From IMG/VR virus record IMGVR_UViG_3300024344_003081: a stretch of 64,000 nucleotides of DNA; one strand, given 5' to 3'. The stretch is from a virus (lineage: Duplodnaviria; Caudoviricetes). The notes under the pieces are model-generated. The model saw only the letters and a list, made by a program, of their open reading frames with translations. It was not told the DNA's origin and searched no databases. Position numbers and translations under genes: made by a program. Positions within the stretch are counted from its first letter, which is position 1; every line of letters begins with the position of its first letter. This document shows, one piece after another, positions 38,701 to 48,155 of the stretch.

Positions 38701-41700
38701 ATAGTTTAAAAGTAGCAGATATTAAAAAATTAGTTGCTGTTGTAACTTCTTTAGATGTAACATCTGAAGTTACAACTGCTATGATGACAGCGGCTTTGGC
38801 TGATACTGCAAATGCTCATAACATTACAAGTAATTTTATATTTGATAATGGACAAAAAGACAATTATTATGATTATGGAACTATAACTTTAAAACCTGGA
38901 GAAGATAGACCAACTGGACAAGTAATAGCAATAGTTGATTATTATAATCATACTGGTTATGGTCCATTTACAGTTGATTCTTATGTTTGGTCTGGTTCTG
39001 GAAATACTGCGTATGCAGATATTCCATCGTTTACAAGTCCAATTACTGGAGCAAAAGTTGAATTAAGAGATATGATTGATTTTAGACCTAAAAGATTAGG
39101 TTATGAAACATCTGATGGAACTAACTCTCAAACTAATGATATTACAGCAACAGCAAATGTATTTAATGAAAAAGCAATGCCTGATTATGATTATACATTT
39201 GATACAGATTATAGTTATTATATTTCAAGAAAAGATAAGATTGTATTAAATAGAGATAGAACATTTGATATAATTGAAGGAGTATCAGATAAATTTCCTC
39301 AATTACCTGCAGATGATGATGATTCTATGACATTGTATAATCTTGAAATTCCTGCATATACTTTTAATGCAGATGATGTAAAAGTAAATTATGTTGATAA
39401 TAAAAGATTTACAATGAGAGATGTTGGTAAACTTGAAAGAAGAATTGAAAATCTTGAATATTATGTTTCTCTTAGTTTGCTAGAAAAAGAAGCTGATGGA
39501 TTAATCATTACTGATGCAAATGGTAGTGACCGATTTAAAAATGGAATTCTTGTAGATCCATTTGCAGGACATAATATTGGAGATGTTTTTAACGATGATT
39601 TTAATGCATCAATTGATTATGATAAAAAAATATTAAGACCGTCTTTTAGTACTGATTTACATCCATTAAATTTTAATGCTAATAGTGATTCTGGTCAGGC
39701 TTTTTCAACATTAGTTAATAATTCAGGTGTATTAACTCTTCCATTTGCGGCAAATTCATTTATATCAATGCCTCTTACAGGATCAAATGATAGTAAAAAT
39801 ACTCAAAAAACTTTTCAAATAAATCCTTTTTCTGTTCAGAATTATATGGGTCAAATGAAATTAGATCCATATGGTGATATGTGGTATGATCAAAGCAATC
39901 AAGTACAAGTAAAAGTTAATATTGAAGGACAATATGATAATTGGGTTTCGGGTATTTTAACAAATAAGGGACATGGTACTCATTGGAACGATTGGGAAGA
40001 AATTTGGTCTGGATCTCAAATCAATAATGATGTTAAAGAAGGTGTTAGAGATACTGGAGACATATCAAATAATAATAGAAAAGCAAAAACAACGGAACAA
40101 AATAAAACATTAACTGGACTAAGTTCGGGAAGTGTACCAGAAAAAATTATTAAAACTGTTGGAAATAAAACAGTTAATTTGAGTGTAGTTCCAAAAGTAA
40201 GACAACAATCAATAACTTTTATTGCTAAAGGATTAAAACCAAATAAAAATGTTTATGCTTATTTTGGTGATTTAAATGTGACATCTAATGTAAAACAAGC
40301 ATGTGTTGCAACTTTATCAAATGTAAGTACATCTAATGTATTTCGAACAACATCAGGAAATTTTGAACAAACTACAATTCAAGGTTCAGGATCAAATGCT
40401 AGTAATACTGCTAAGATTATTTACATGAGTGACAGAAATAGTCAAAATAGTTGTACTGTTTTACTTACAGATTTATCTGCCCAAACTGCTTTTAGTATTG
40501 GATCAGTAATTCAAGGAGATTTTACTAAAGCAAATGGAGCTATTTCTGCAATTACACATTATGGTATTGAAGATACATTGCTAACAGTATCTTCTGAGGG
40601 TGTTGTTGGAGGAGTTTTTAATGTGCCTGCAGATACATTTACAGGAAATCAAAATCTTTTTAGATTAACAGATGAACCAGACAATATTTCTTCAGTTACA
40701 ACATCAGTTGCAGAAGAAATTTTTCATTCTACAGGAGTGCTTGATACTAAAACTGAATTGGGTCTTGTTTCTATTAGACCTTTTATTTCCAGACGAGAAA
40801 ATATTAAAGAAGAAAGAGTTACAAGATCAACTTCTGATGGTAGACAATCAAAATCTACTGATTTTATGAATCCGATGGCGCAAACTTTTTCAATTGATAA
40901 AAATCAATATCCTGCGGGAATTTTTGTTGATTCTTTAACTTTATTTTTTAATGGAAAAGATGTATCAGTAGGAAATAGGACTCCTGTAACTTTACAATTA
41001 AGACCTTTGGTCAACGGAATACCAAGCACATCATTAATTATACCAGGAAGTGAAGTTGTTTTAACTCCTGGAAGAATTACTGCAAATACAAGTACGCCAA
41101 TTGCGAATACTAGCGGAGGATTTCCTGCTGGCTTTTTGGGCAATTCTGATACTGCAAATAAGAGTGCTACAGATGTTGGGTCAAGAACAATGTTTAAATT
41201 TGATCATCCTATTTTTCTTTCTCCTGATGAATATGCAATTTGTGTTTTAACTAATAGTAGTTCTTACAAACTTTATGGATTTGAATATGGTGCTTATCAT
41301 ACAGGAACTTCTAGAAAAATAACAAAACAGCCTTATGTTGGAAGTTTTTTCAAACCTTCGAATGTAGGAAATTGGCAAGAGGTGCTAGATCAAGGTTTAA
41401 TGTTTCAATTAAATAGATGTGAATTTATATCATCTAATGCATATGCTAGATTAGATAATTCTGATATTTCAAGTGGAAATGCAAGTTCGAATACAACTAT
41501 GGATGCATTTAAAGTAGTAACAGATTCATTTAATTTTGCAAACACTTATACGAGTTTTGATTATTATACAACAGATTTAGCGGGGGCAACAAAAGGGTCT
41601 AATGTAAGATTTAAAGAAAATAAAAATATTGATTTCAAAAAACAAAAGCAAATTACATATCCACAAGTTGCAAATAATAGTTTTACAATTAATGCATATT

Positions 41701-42587
41701 TTGAAACTGCAAATAGTTTAATAACTCCAGTAATTGATGAGCAAAGAACTGGTATTATTAGTATTGAAAATCTCATTAATAATGGAAGTTTGTCAAATTC
41801 TGATATTGTTTTATCTAATACTGGAACAGGTTACTATCTAGCTGAAGTAGGTAGTGCAACAAGCAATGCGGCCTCAGATGGTAATACAAGCGTGTTTGTA
41901 GTATCTGCTCCTGATATTGGTGCAAATACTGCAACATTAGCCGCTAATGTTCATGCAAATGGTATTATTAATCAAGTAGTTGTTAAAAGTGGTGGTTCAG
42001 GATATATTTCTACTCCTTCAATTACTAATTGGGATACTGGAGGATCTGTTTCTTCCGCTGATAATGTACGAATGACAACAGCCGCTTCTATTAGCGTTGT
42101 TGGTGAGGGAGCTAATAATACAGCAAATATACAAACAACAAATGTAGTATCATTTTCTTCTGGGGGAAATTTAACCGCTAGATATATTTCAAGAAGGGTT
42201 ACTCTAGAAGAAGGATTTGATGCAATGGATATTAAATTATACATGGATGCATATAAACCAAGAGGAGCTAATATACATGCTTATTATAAAGTTCTTTCTG
42301 GTGAAGATGCAGAACCATTTGATGAAAAACCTTGGGTTCTTATGTATCAAAAAACTGCAGATACTACTTATTCTATAAATGAAAATGATTTTAAACGATT
42401 TCAATTTAATACATTTGATGAAAAAATTACTTATATTTCTGGTGGTGGAGGAACATTTGAAAGATTTAGAACATTTGCTATTAAATTAGTCATGACTTTA
42501 GATAGAGTATCACAGGATTCTTTTATAGGAATTCCTAAAATAGCTAATTTACGGGCAATTGCTCTTGATAGTGAAGGAACTCCTTGA
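35703..42587 (+). CDS. VrlC-like (DUF4815-type) large baseplate/tail-fibre protein
   Basis: 2294 aa; SPYYDDF, VLYRPG.SVQARELNQIQSILQ.Q, APGANR, LARRT.D.SG, MRDVGKLERRI.NLEYY.SLSLLE, PMAQTF. Confidence 0.85.
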   Translation: MPKLTQDFNISPYYDDFNEANKFYKVLYRPGYSVQARELNQIQSILQNQLEKTGDTLYQDGSKVLGAELILNNKINSLKLKPTYSDVAITATSFNGRIIQGQTSGAKAEVVTSQIFTTENLDILMINYVDDTKFLDNETINTIDTGTTYFATVAGADEGLTGATTSTSLASGLGSIVSVNEGLFYIGGYFVYVSPQNLILDTENNNPSTRIGLTTTESIVSSIEDSTLLDNALGTPNYSAPGANRYKIDLELSSKTYFESGKTVASSGVTFSVNTKDNRSGTVSVTTTTDHNLSVGDVIVVSGVTEADYNGKYSVSAVGSTTTFSYLIQGKPSTPATGTPVYVTGVVDPIARTSDSDFIELLRLENGEKIEEVKFPIMGNIEKTLARRTFDASGDFTVRPFSLDVMNHKIQGTAGERTTTNTSTTITANGANFIADVNVGDTIFFSGNTSKTGEVSSITNGTTLTLTTGTALGDGSNNQKIGVSTKLSAELSPGKAYIKGFEHETMTPTYVNLNKARSTESVSAEKQGVEFGPYAKVSDVISNTAFSLGVNSATINSTSGGTGADLLDLHMVKWPSTTQLHGTVTASEKIIWNSNGAIGKVGIDNTSAATIANTKIGTVRLRQLDFREGRSSTVTDEYGGGADANGTYHIKFPAIYDAHLFDFRFDKTTGTVAGAVAANDTIISLPTSGANSFPTVNCLYGATITVNTSYLGVNTSDTRDIIAWTGANSQAAMGFDLNADGSAQAAAYHAQLDSSLTQATQSTSTYTLTFGIKDIRSAVQTTTTTFDKAMNIDISGKNDLTESGNTVIFDNNDDQRSLLFPYQNKTVAGLTKASYKLKRSFTAALTGNSVAITATEGGELFYPATGAGNVSAAVADANYLVFVPGDGGGEYIEFSNTSGSSLGDGRYISLNEDGDQLTINVESDTAGARDYTGNTIHVIATMMYKAAGATRTNGGIGTKTLVVGNTTVANVTSGSSNTIQADSGQIYFGKTINAEPKVANSLKVADIKKLVAVVTSLDVTSEVTTAMMTAALADTANAHNITSNFIFDNGQKDNYYDYGTITLKPGEDRPTGQVIAIVDYYNHTGYGPFTVDSYVWSGSGNTAYADIPSFTSPITGAKVELRDMIDFRPKRLGYETSDGTNSQTNDITATANVFNEKAMPDYDYTFDTDYSYYISRKDKIVLNRDRTFDIIEGVSDKFPQLPADDDDSMTLYNLEIPAYTFNADDVKVNYVDNKRFTMRDVGKLERRIENLEYYVSLSLLEKEADGLIITDANGSDRFKNGILVDPFAGHNIGDVFNDDFNASIDYDKKILRPSFSTDLHPLNFNANSDSGQAFSTLVNNSGVLTLPFAANSFISMPLTGSNDSKNTQKTFQINPFSVQNYMGQMKLDPYGDMWYDQSNQVQVKVNIEGQYDNWVSGILTNKGHGTHWNDWEEIWSGSQINNDVKEGVRDTGDISNNNRKAKTTEQNKTLTGLSSGSVPEKIIKTVGNKTVNLSVVPKVRQQSITFIAKGLKPNKNVYAYFGDLNVTSNVKQACVATLSNVSTSNVFRTTSGNFEQTTIQGSGSNASNTAKIIYMSDRNSQNSCTVLLTDLSAQTAFSIGSVIQGDFTKANGAISAITHYGIEDTLLTVSSEGVVGGVFNVPADTFTGNQNLFRLTDEPDNISSVTTSVAEEIFHSTGVLDTKTELGLVSIRPFISRRENIKEERVTRSTSDGRQSKSTDFMNPMAQTFSIDKNQYPAGIFVDSLTLFFNGKDVSVGNRTPVTLQLRPLVNGIPSTSLIIPGSEVVLTPGRITANTSTPIANTSGGFPAGFLGNSDTANKSATDVGSRTMFKFDHPIFLSPDEYAICVLTNSSSYKLYGFEYGAYHTGTSRKITKQPYVGSFFKPSNVGNWQEVLDQGLMFQLNRCEFISSNAYARLDNSDISSGNASSNTTMDAFKVVTDSFNFANTYTSFDYYTTDLAGATKGSNVRFKENKNIDFKKQKQITYPQVANNSFTINAYFETANSLITPVIDEQRTGIISIENLINNGSLSNSDIVLSNTGTGYYLAEVGSATSNAASDGNTSVFVVSAPDIGANTATLAANVHANGIINQVVVKSGGSGYISTPSITNWDTGGSVSSADNVRMTTAASISVVGEGANNTANIQTTNVVSFSSGGNLTARYISRRVTLEEGFDAMDIKLYMDAYKPRGANIHAYYKVLSGEDAEPFDEKPWVLMYQKTADTTYSINENDFKRFQFNTFDEKITYISGGGGTFERFRTFAIKLVMTLDRVSQDSFIGIPKIANLRAIALDSEGTP

Positions 42588-42814
42588 TAGTAAAAACAGA
42601 TAATCCAAGATATCATAGAGACACATTATCTAATGCAATTATTGCAACTGATCAAAAGGCTTTATTAAAACATAGACAAAAAGTATCACAAACCAGTCTA
42701 ATAAAAACTAATGAAAATGAAATAAATACCTTAAGAACAGATGTTAATAATATTAAAAATGATATTAATAAAATTTTAGAATTGTTAAGTAAGGACAAAG
42801 ATGGCAATATCTGA
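42584..42814 (+). CDS. Small conserved coiled-coil protein that follows VrlC-like genes
   Basis: 76 aa, TTG start, RD..SNAII..D and EI..L..DV..IK..L..LL pattern. Confidence 0.6.
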   Translation: MIVKTDNPRYHRDTLSNAIIATDQKALLKHRQKVSQTSLIKTNENEINTLRTDVNNIKNDINKILELLSKDKDGNI

Positions 42815-44537
42815 TAGTAGTATTACTGATGTAGAATTAGTTAATACGTTTGAACAATGGCGTTCAAAAACAAATCAAATTATTACAGTATTAAATGAAC
42901 AGTCGGATGATGATCCATCAACTGCTTTACTTTCTTCAAATTCTGTAGGTGGACTTTCAATCAATACGATAACATCAAATATTGTTACAGGTGCAAATGT
43001 AACTGGTTCTAAATTATTATTTTCAGGTGGTACTGTAGATTTTACTGGAGCAACAACTACAGATTTAGGAACAGTTGAAAAATTTGCGTTAGTTGAAACC
43101 GCTGGAGCAACTGTAACTGGTGCTAGTCCTGATAGTAAGATTGAAAGATGTCAAATTAATGAAGTTGAAATTAATTTAAATGGTAAAAATCTAAATGCAA
43201 ATGGTTCATCTACAATTACTCTTACTGGAGCAACTATTGCAGATTTAGGAACAGTTTCTTTAGTTACAATTGATGGTGGAACGATTAATGATGCAAATGT
43301 AAATATCACAGATGATAGTGGTGCAAAGATTATTACAATATCCGCGGCGGGTCCGCACATACTTACTGGAGCAACATTTGCTAATGGAACATTTAATAAT
43401 GCATATTCGGTTGGTGGTTATACACATTCTGCAAATATATCTGTTAATACTGCATCAGCTTTTGTAGCTAATGTTGGGGCTATCTTTGGAGCAGATGTAG
43501 CTACTGCTAATGTGGCTATTGGTGATTTTCCAGAATATACCACTGCTCCACTTGCACCATCTTCATCTAAAGGAAGACTGCATATAAGATCAGATTTTGC
43601 AGATGCAGGAACAACAAATCCTACTGCCGCCGTATCAACTGCTGATGAATTAGTATTAGAAAATGAAAATGATGTAGGAATGACATTTTTATCTGATGTT
43701 GAGTCTAATGCACATATTATGTTTGGTGATTCTGCTGATGCAGATATTGGAGGAATTGTATATAATCATCTTTTAGATAGTATGTATATAGTCACAGGTG
43801 GTGCAAATACAGTTGAACTTGGAAATGAGTATGGTGGTTATATGCAAGTTGCTGGTGGAGATACATTAGGAACTCAAACAGGAAAATTCCATGTAAATGT
43901 TGGATCATCTGATGGAACAGCAGGAATTTTTCTAGATTCAAATGATGTGGATCAAATAGGTGTCTCAATTGATGCGGCACAAACAACTGCAAATGTTTTT
44001 GAAATTAATGCCGATGCATTTACTACTGGTCATGTGATTTCAATACATCGTGGATTAGGAACTGGTGATTCTAATGATGCTAATGGTTCTTTAATACATC
44101 TTACAGACAATAATAGTTCAACAAATGCTAGAGCAATTCTTGATATAGTACAAAATACAACAGGTGCTACTGGATCAACGGGATTAAAAATTACAACAGA
44201 TGGTGGAACAGGTATTTCTGTTATACAAAACCAAAATACTAATCCAGGATTAAATGTATGGGCAACAAATGCTCATTCTACAAACTTGGGTCATTTCCAA
44301 TCAGATGCAATTAATTCAACAGGTGTCACCCTATATGTTCAAGGAAATTCTAGCACAGGAGGAACAAAAGTTGTTGAATTTGCAAATTCAACAGGTAGTT
44401 TTTTTGCTGGAAGAGCAAATGGAGTAACTTGGTGTAGTCGTCTTGAAGTTGATACTTTTTTAACTCCAGATAACGATGCAGTTCACATGTTTGCTGTGAG
44501 AGATACAGGCGGAACAATTGTAAACCCAGGAACATAA
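42801..44537 (+). CDS. Putative fibre protein in the fibritin (wac) position
   Basis: N-terminal TFEQWRSKTN motif, GAT..DLGTV repeats, beta-rich Thr/Gly/Asn body; upstream of gp13. Confidence 0.55.
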   Translation: MAISDSSITDVELVNTFEQWRSKTNQIITVLNEQSDDDPSTALLSSNSVGGLSINTITSNIVTGANVTGSKLLFSGGTVDFTGATTTDLGTVEKFALVETAGATVTGASPDSKIERCQINEVEINLNGKNLNANGSSTITLTGATIADLGTVSLVTIDGGTINDANVNITDDSGAKIITISAAGPHILTGATFANGTFNNAYSVGGYTHSANISVNTASAFVANVGAIFGADVATANVAIGDFPEYTTAPLAPSSSKGRLHIRSDFADAGTTNPTAAVSTADELVLENENDVGMTFLSDVESNAHIMFGDSADADIGGIVYNHLLDSMYIVTGGANTVELGNEYGGYMQVAGGDTLGTQTGKFHVNVGSSDGTAGIFLDSNDVDQIGVSIDAAQTTANVFEINADAFTTGHVISIHRGLGTGDSNDANGSLIHLTDNNSSTNARAILDIVQNTTGATGSTGLKITTDGGTGISVIQNQNTNPGLNVWATNAHSTNLGHFQSDAINSTGVTLYVQGNSSTGGTKVVEFANSTGSFFAGRANGVTWCSRLEVDTFLTPDNDAVHMFAVRDTGGTIVNPGT

Positions 44538-44544
44538 GATAAAA

Positions 44545-45555
44545 ATGGCAAAACCTAGTACAAGAGAAGAATTAAAACAATATTGCCTTAGAACTTTAGG
44601 AAAACCAGTTATTGAAATAAATGTAGAAGATGATCAACTGGAAGATCGAATGGACGAAGGCTTGCAATTTTTTCAGGAATATCATTTTGATGGTGTTGAA
44701 AGAATGTATAACATTCATCGAATTACAGGTTCAACTGTTAAAATTACTTCAAATACAGGCGCCTTTACAGTAGGCGAGAAAATAACTGGTGGAACATCAA
44801 ATGCAACCGCAAAAGTAGTTTCTTCAAATACTACAGTTATTACATTTAAAAGTCATAAAGACACAGATGATATTTCAAATAATGATGTAACATCTAGTTT
44901 TTCAAATGGTGAAACAATAACTGGAAGTACAAGTGGATCTACTGCAGTAGCCGATACCGATGCATCATTGGTTACTTTTGGTGATGTAGACAATCATTAT
45001 ATTACATTAAGTGATTCCATAATTGGTGTGACAGGTATTTTTGATATACAAGATACTGGTGGGGGACAGACAACAAGTGATTTATTTTCGTTTAGATATC
45101 AGTTTCATTTAAATGAAATGCCATATCTTACTGCTACTTCTATAATAAATTATAAAATGTCAATGCAACATTTACAATTGTTGAATGATATGTTTGTAGG
45201 AAAGAAGCCTTTACGATTTAATAGACATCAAAATCGATTATATTTAGATTTAGATTGGGATAATGATGATCTTGAAGTAGATGAATATGTTGTTGCAGAG
45301 TGTTATAGAATAATTGAACCCGCAACATTTACAGATGTATACAATGATATGTTTTTAAAGAAATATGTTACGGCTCTTTTTAAAAGACAATGGGGAGCCA
45401 ATTTAATAAAATATGAAGGAGTTCAACTTCCAGGAGGAACGACATTAAATGGAAGAACAATGTTTGAAGAAGCAATAACAGAATTAAGAGAAACAGAAGA
45501 ACAAGTGTCTCTTAAATTCGAATTACCAGTTGACTTTATGGTTGGTCCAGGATAA
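44545..45555 (+). CDS. gp13: Neck protein gp13
   Basis: LK.YCLR.LG.PVIEINV.DDQ..DR, FKRQWG.NL.KY.GVQLPGG..LNG. Confidence 0.95.
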   Translation: MAKPSTREELKQYCLRTLGKPVIEINVEDDQLEDRMDEGLQFFQEYHFDGVERMYNIHRITGSTVKITSNTGAFTVGEKITGGTSNATAKVVSSNTTVITFKSHKDTDDISNNDVTSSFSNGETITGSTSGSTAVADTDASLVTFGDVDNHYITLSDSIIGVTGIFDIQDTGGGQTTSDLFSFRYQFHLNEMPYLTATSIINYKMSMQHLQLLNDMFVGKKPLRFNRHQNRLYLDLDWDNDDLEVDEYVVAECYRIIEPATFTDVYNDMFLKKYVTALFKRQWGANLIKYEGVQLPGGTTLNGRTMFEEAITELRETEEQVSLKFELPVDFMVGPG

Positions 45556-46415
45556 TGCCTACTAATTCTTACTTTAATCACTTACAAAATGCCTCAGAAC
45601 AAAATTTACATCAAGATTTAATTATAGAATCGATAAAAAATTTTGGCATAGACAACTATTACCTTCCAAGACAATATATGAATGAGGATCTTCTTTATGG
45701 AGAAGATACTATTTCACAATTTAATCAATCTCATTTAATAGAAATGTATGTCAAGTCTGTTGACGGATTTGAAGGAGAAGGTGATTTTATTTCAAGATTT
45801 GGATTAGAAATAAGAGATCAGGTTATTTTTTCTGTGGCGAGAAGAAGATGGGAAAATTTAGGAACTGGTTATGATAGACCAAGAGAAGGTGATGTAATAT
45901 TTCTCCCATTAAATAAAAAACTTTATGAAATTAGATTTGTTGAACACGAATCAATGTTTTATCAATTTGGAAAATTACCAATATTTGATTTAACATGTGA
46001 ATTGTTTCAATACGATGATCAAAGAATTGATACTGGTATTGAAGACATAGATGAAGTAGAAGATAAATATGCTTATTCAATAGAAGTAACTCTTGATTCA
46101 GGAGGTTCAGGAAATTATGTAGAAGACGAATATGTATTTGTTGGTAGTACTGAAAGTTCTGCCAATACAAAAGGAAGAGTAATATCTTGGAATTCTACTG
46201 ATAGAGTATTGAAACTAACAGATTTGAGGGGAACCTTTACATTAAGTCAAAATGTAGTTGGAAACACAAGTGGTGCATATTATACAGTAGGCACTACACC
46301 TGATACACAAACATTTGTTAATGATGCTTCAGCAAATAATATAACTATTGAAACTGAAGCAGATTCTATTATTGATTTCTCTGAAGGGAATCCATTTAGT
46401 GAAGGCAATATTTAA
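45555..46415 (+). CDS. gp14: Neck protein gp14
   Basis: EQ.L..DLIIESI, YLPR, SRFGLEIRD, RPREGD.I..P, DFSE.NPF. Confidence 0.95.
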   Translation: MPTNSYFNHLQNASEQNLHQDLIIESIKNFGIDNYYLPRQYMNEDLLYGEDTISQFNQSHLIEMYVKSVDGFEGEGDFISRFGLEIRDQVIFSVARRRWENLGTGYDRPREGDVIFLPLNKKLYEIRFVEHESMFYQFGKLPIFDLTCELFQYDDQRIDTGIEDIDEVEDKYAYSIEVTLDSGGSGNYVEDEYVFVGSTESSANTKGRVISWNSTDRVLKLTDLRGTFTLSQNVVGNTSGAYYTVGTTPDTQTFVNDASANNITIETEADSIIDFSEGNPFSEGNI

Positions 46416-46762
46416 GTTGTAGATTCTGGAAGAATTGTAATCATTCCCTCAACTACTCTTTCCTTTGTTACCTCATCCGATTGGGTGTATTCAACATCAT
46501 ATACATATAATCCTGAAGACATATTTGCTGTTTGAGTAGCATTAGCGGTTATGGTCACATTACTGCCCGATACTGCCGTTGTGAAAGACATTATCCAGGA
46601 AGTATTAGTAGTTGTGTGGTTCTTTTTCATTTTAGAAGCACAAGTACCAGTACTTATAGTTACATTTGAATTGTTTGCATCTTTAGCAGTAAAAACTTTT
46701 TCAAAGTTACTACCTTGATACATTGTTAAATTTTCGCCTTGGGTTTTTATTGATAGTGCCAT
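46412..46762 (-). CDS. Small virion structural protein (BppU-N-like family common in marine T4-like phages)
   Basis: NL...QG..F, T.T..QT.....G.YVYDV, RVVEG....P motif; own late promoter. Confidence 0.65.
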   Translation of the reverse strand: MALSIKTQGENLTMYQGSNFEKVFTAKDANNSNVTISTGTCASKMKKNHTTTNTSWIMSFTTAVSGSNVTITANATQTANMSSGLYVYDVEYTQSDEVTKERVVEGMITILPESTT

Positions 46763-46767
46763 AAGAC

Positions 46768-46785
46768 TATTTATACAACTAAATA
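46768..46785. promoter_or_regulatory. Back-to-back late promoters (TATAAATA minus, CTAAATA plus)
   Basis: TATTTATA 46768-46775 and CTAAATA 46779-46785 in a 47-nt divergent gap. Confidence 0.6.
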
Positions 46786-46809
46786 ATATTACAATCTTTA
46801 TGGAGTATT

Positions 46810-47742
46810 ATGTTAGGACAAACTTTTTATCATCAAACAATAAGAAAATATGTTGCGTTGTTTGGTACGCTATTTAATGATATTAATATTGAAAAAAAGG
46901 ACTCGGGCGGTAATGTTTTATCTCGACAAAAAGTACCAATAGCTTATGGACCAAAGCAAAAATTTCTTACAAGAATAAATCAAGATGCTAGTTTAGATAG
47001 ACAAGTAGCTATTCAACTTCCTAGATTGGGATTTGAAATGACTGGCATGGCTTATGATCCCGTTAGAAAATTAAATACAATAGGCTCATTGACACATAAA
47101 GAAACGATAAATGGAAATCGTAATGTTAAGAAGATGTATAATCCTTCTCCATATATTTTTGATTTTTCTTTATATGCATTTGTAGAAAATGCTGAAGATG
47201 GTACTCAGATATTAGAACAAATTCTTCCGTTTTTTACTCCAGAATTTAATGTGACTGTTAATATCATAACAGAAATGGGTCTCTCGATAGATATTCCAAT
47301 CATTGTTCAAAGTGCAACGAGTGAAGATTCTTACGAGGGAGAATTTTCTGCCAGAAGAACAATTATTTGGACAATATCTTTTATGATGAAAGGATTTATA
47401 TATCCTGATATTAAATCTAGTCAATCAATTATTAAAACAATTGAAGTTGCATTTAAAGAAGTTGCGGATGCTGATACTACTGATCTAAATCATGAATTAT
47501 TGTTAGAAACTTCTACTCCTTTTGATCAAGATCAATTTCTATTAGAAACAGGAAGTCTTCTCTTAACTGAGGATAGTATAACTGAACTCGGTCAGGATAA
47601 TATAATCAGTAAAATTACAATTATACCTGAAGGAGGAGCAAATACATATATTATTCCAGGAGATGATTTTGATGCAAATACTACAATAACAGTTTATAGT
47701 CCACCAGTAGATTATAATGAAGCAACAGGTGTATACGAGTGA
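46810..47742 (+). CDS. gp15: Tail sheath terminator gp15 with acidic C-terminal extension
   Basis: FYHQTIRKYV..FGTLFN, KVPIAYGPKQKFL, LPR..FE, QILEQILP.F.P. Confidence 0.93.
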   Translation: MLGQTFYHQTIRKYVALFGTLFNDINIEKKDSGGNVLSRQKVPIAYGPKQKFLTRINQDASLDRQVAIQLPRLGFEMTGMAYDPVRKLNTIGSLTHKETINGNRNVKKMYNPSPYIFDFSLYAFVENAEDGTQILEQILPFFTPEFNVTVNIITEMGLSIDIPIIVQSATSEDSYEGEFSARRTIIWTISFMMKGFIYPDIKSSQSIIKTIEVAFKEVADADTTDLNHELLLETSTPFDQDQFLLETGSLLLTEDSITELGQDNIISKITIIPEGGANTYIIPGDDFDANTTITVYSPPVDYNEATGVYE

Positions 47743-47750
47743 GGTAAGTT

Positions 47751-48155
47751 ATGATAAAAGATTTTGAAGATAAATTAAATGAAATTCTAGAAATGCCTTC
47801 TGGCTCTATTGTTAAAAAGCCCATTGAAAGAAAAGTTGTTGCATCTAATCCAGATGATTTAAATACTGATTATAAGTATGTTCGTGAAAATATATACAAT
47901 ATTATTGAAAGGGGACATGATGCTATTGAAGATTTATTACAAGATGCAAGAGATAGTGGTAATGCCAGAATGTTCGAAGTTGTCGGACAATTAATTAAAA
48001 CTGTAGGTGAACAAAATCAAAATTTAATGAACGTTCATAAACAAGTAAAAGATATCAAACAAGAAACCAGTACAGGACCTAATTCAGTAACAAATGCATT
48101 ATTTGTTGGTAGTACTGCAGAACTCCAAAAAATGTTAAAAGATAAAAAAGAATAG
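47751..48155 (+). CDS. gp16: Terminase small subunit gp16
   Basis: DY.Y.R.N.Y..I..G..A, R.FEV..QLIK, NALFVGSTAELQKML. Confidence 0.93.
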   Translation: MIKDFEDKLNEILEMPSGSIVKKPIERKVVASNPDDLNTDYKYVRENIYNIIERGHDAIEDLLQDARDSGNARMFEVVGQLIKTVGEQNQNLMNVHKQVKDIKQETSTGPNSVTNALFVGSTAELQKMLKDKKE

